Source of the DNA: an uncultured Cytophagia bacterium
Lineage (GTDB): Bacteria; Zhuqueibacterota; Zhuqueibacteria; Residuimicrobiales; Residuimicrobiaceae
Assembly (NCBI GenBank): GCA_964436305.1
Contig: CAYTCI010000003.1
Coordinates: 22,350-86,349 of the forward strand
Direction: 5' to 3'
DNA length: 64,000 bases
A program made the position numbers and the translations under genes. The notes under the pieces were generated by a model. The model did not search any database. It was not told the origin of the DNA and saw only the letters and a program-made list of their open reading frames with translations. The stretch's first letter is position 1; the number at the start of each line of letters is the position of its first letter. This document shows, piece after piece, positions 63,693 to 64,000 of this stretch.

Positions 63693-64000
63693 TGAAAAGC
63701 CTATATCCCCTATGGATCGCCGGTATGGTGGTCCTCCTCGGCGGCTGCGAGGAGAGCAAGATGCCCTTGCCGAGCCCGCGGAGCACCAGCACCACCTTTG
63801 GCGCCAACGATACCAGCTATGTCGAACTCAACCCGGTCTGGAGCAGCGCGCAGCTCGGCCTGCCCCTCTCCGCCCCAGGCGACCTCACCATCGGCCCCGA
63901 TGGCACGCTCTTTCTCGCCGATGAGGGGGCTGGGCGCATCTATGCCCTCACCCGCGCCGGGCAGCTCCTGAGCGGCGATGGCATGGATCAGATCACCCTG
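63692..64000 (+). CDS. Lipoprotein with NHL/beta-propeller-like repeat, first 103 codons; continues past the right edge
   Basis: Not in the ORF track. ATG 63692 overlaps the PorV-like stop (TGATG). Reads MKSLYPLWIAGMVVLLGGCEESK... (lipobox LLGGC), then DLTIGPDGTLFLADEGAGRIYAL, an NHL-like blade motif. The track ORF 63676-63924 is in another frame and looks spurious. Confidence 0.6.
   Translation, partial: MKSLYPLWIAGMVVLLGGCEESKMPLPSPRSTSTTFGANDTSYVELNPVWSSAQLGLPLSAPGDLTIGPDGTLFLADEGAGRIYALTRAGQLLSGDGMDQITL

Noticed and set aside
63676-63924. 82-aa plus-strand ORF at the right edge
   Set aside because: Its composition is R/P/G-rich. The adjacent frame, starting at ATG 63692, encodes a lipoprotein signal and an NHL-like motif and is open to the window end.
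1-64000. Search for CRISPR arrays, tRNA/rRNA genes, IS elements, integrases, prophage or toxin-antitoxin modules
   Set aside because: Non-coding gaps are few and short; the largest are 5097-5415 and 51197-51498. None shows repeat-spacer periodicity, cloverleaf-compatible structure or terminal inverted repeats, and no ORF has transposase, recombinase or phage hallmarks. This was visual inspection only. tRNAscan/Infernal were not run.

Overview
GC-rich 64-kb chromosomal segment that is almost entirely coding (about 50 genes). By eye I found no rRNA, tRNA, CRISPR array, transposase or integrase. The gene content suggests an uncultivated FCB-superphylum-like bacterium; this is inference only. The supporting genes are T9SS-type C-terminal sorting domains (YPNPFNPET...), a PorV/PorQ-like barrel, a GWxTD protein, an OlsF-like aminolipid synthase and a CarboxypepD_reg-TonB receptor. 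Many ORFs in the supplied track are long antisense shadow ORFs or carry false N-terminal extensions, so I re-set several starts from RBS and ATGA/GTGA coupling evidence. Layout: (i) 0-5.1 kb, minus strand: aconitase-family fragment, small lipoprotein, 917-aa T9SS cargo and a lipoprotein serpin. (ii) 5.4-26.6 kb, plus strand: peptidoglycan-turnover enzymes, menaquinone tail steps (ubiE/menG, menA), CPBP protease, HD hydrolase, an HExxH peptidase coupled to a GH2-like/membrane fusion, smc, GWxTD, a DGGGPS-like UbiA prenyltransferase, dtd, maf, rodZ, mpl and an R3H protein. (iii) 26.6-41.3 kb, minus strand: a tightly coupled 13-gene operon. It holds five paralogous polytopic GT2 enzymes, three radical SAM enzymes with C-terminal auxiliary Cys clusters, a SAM methyltransferase, a UPF0104 flippase-like protein, a Wzi-like outer-membrane protein, a DUF3108-like protein and a membrane-anchored PHP phosphoesterase. 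This is the best candidate for an undescribed glycolipid or glycan modification system. (iv) 41.4-51.2 kb: SLT lytic transglycosylase, then a minus-strand Pho supercluster (porin-pstSCAB-phoU-phoB-phoR followed by a tightly linked Wzx-like flippase). (v) 51.5-64 kb, plus strand: OlsF-like bifunctional aminolipid synthase divergent from the pst promoter region, then a surface-protein locus (two T9SS cargo proteins, lipoprotein, TonB-dependent-type barrel, PorV/PorQ-like barrel, NHL-like lipoprotein fragment).
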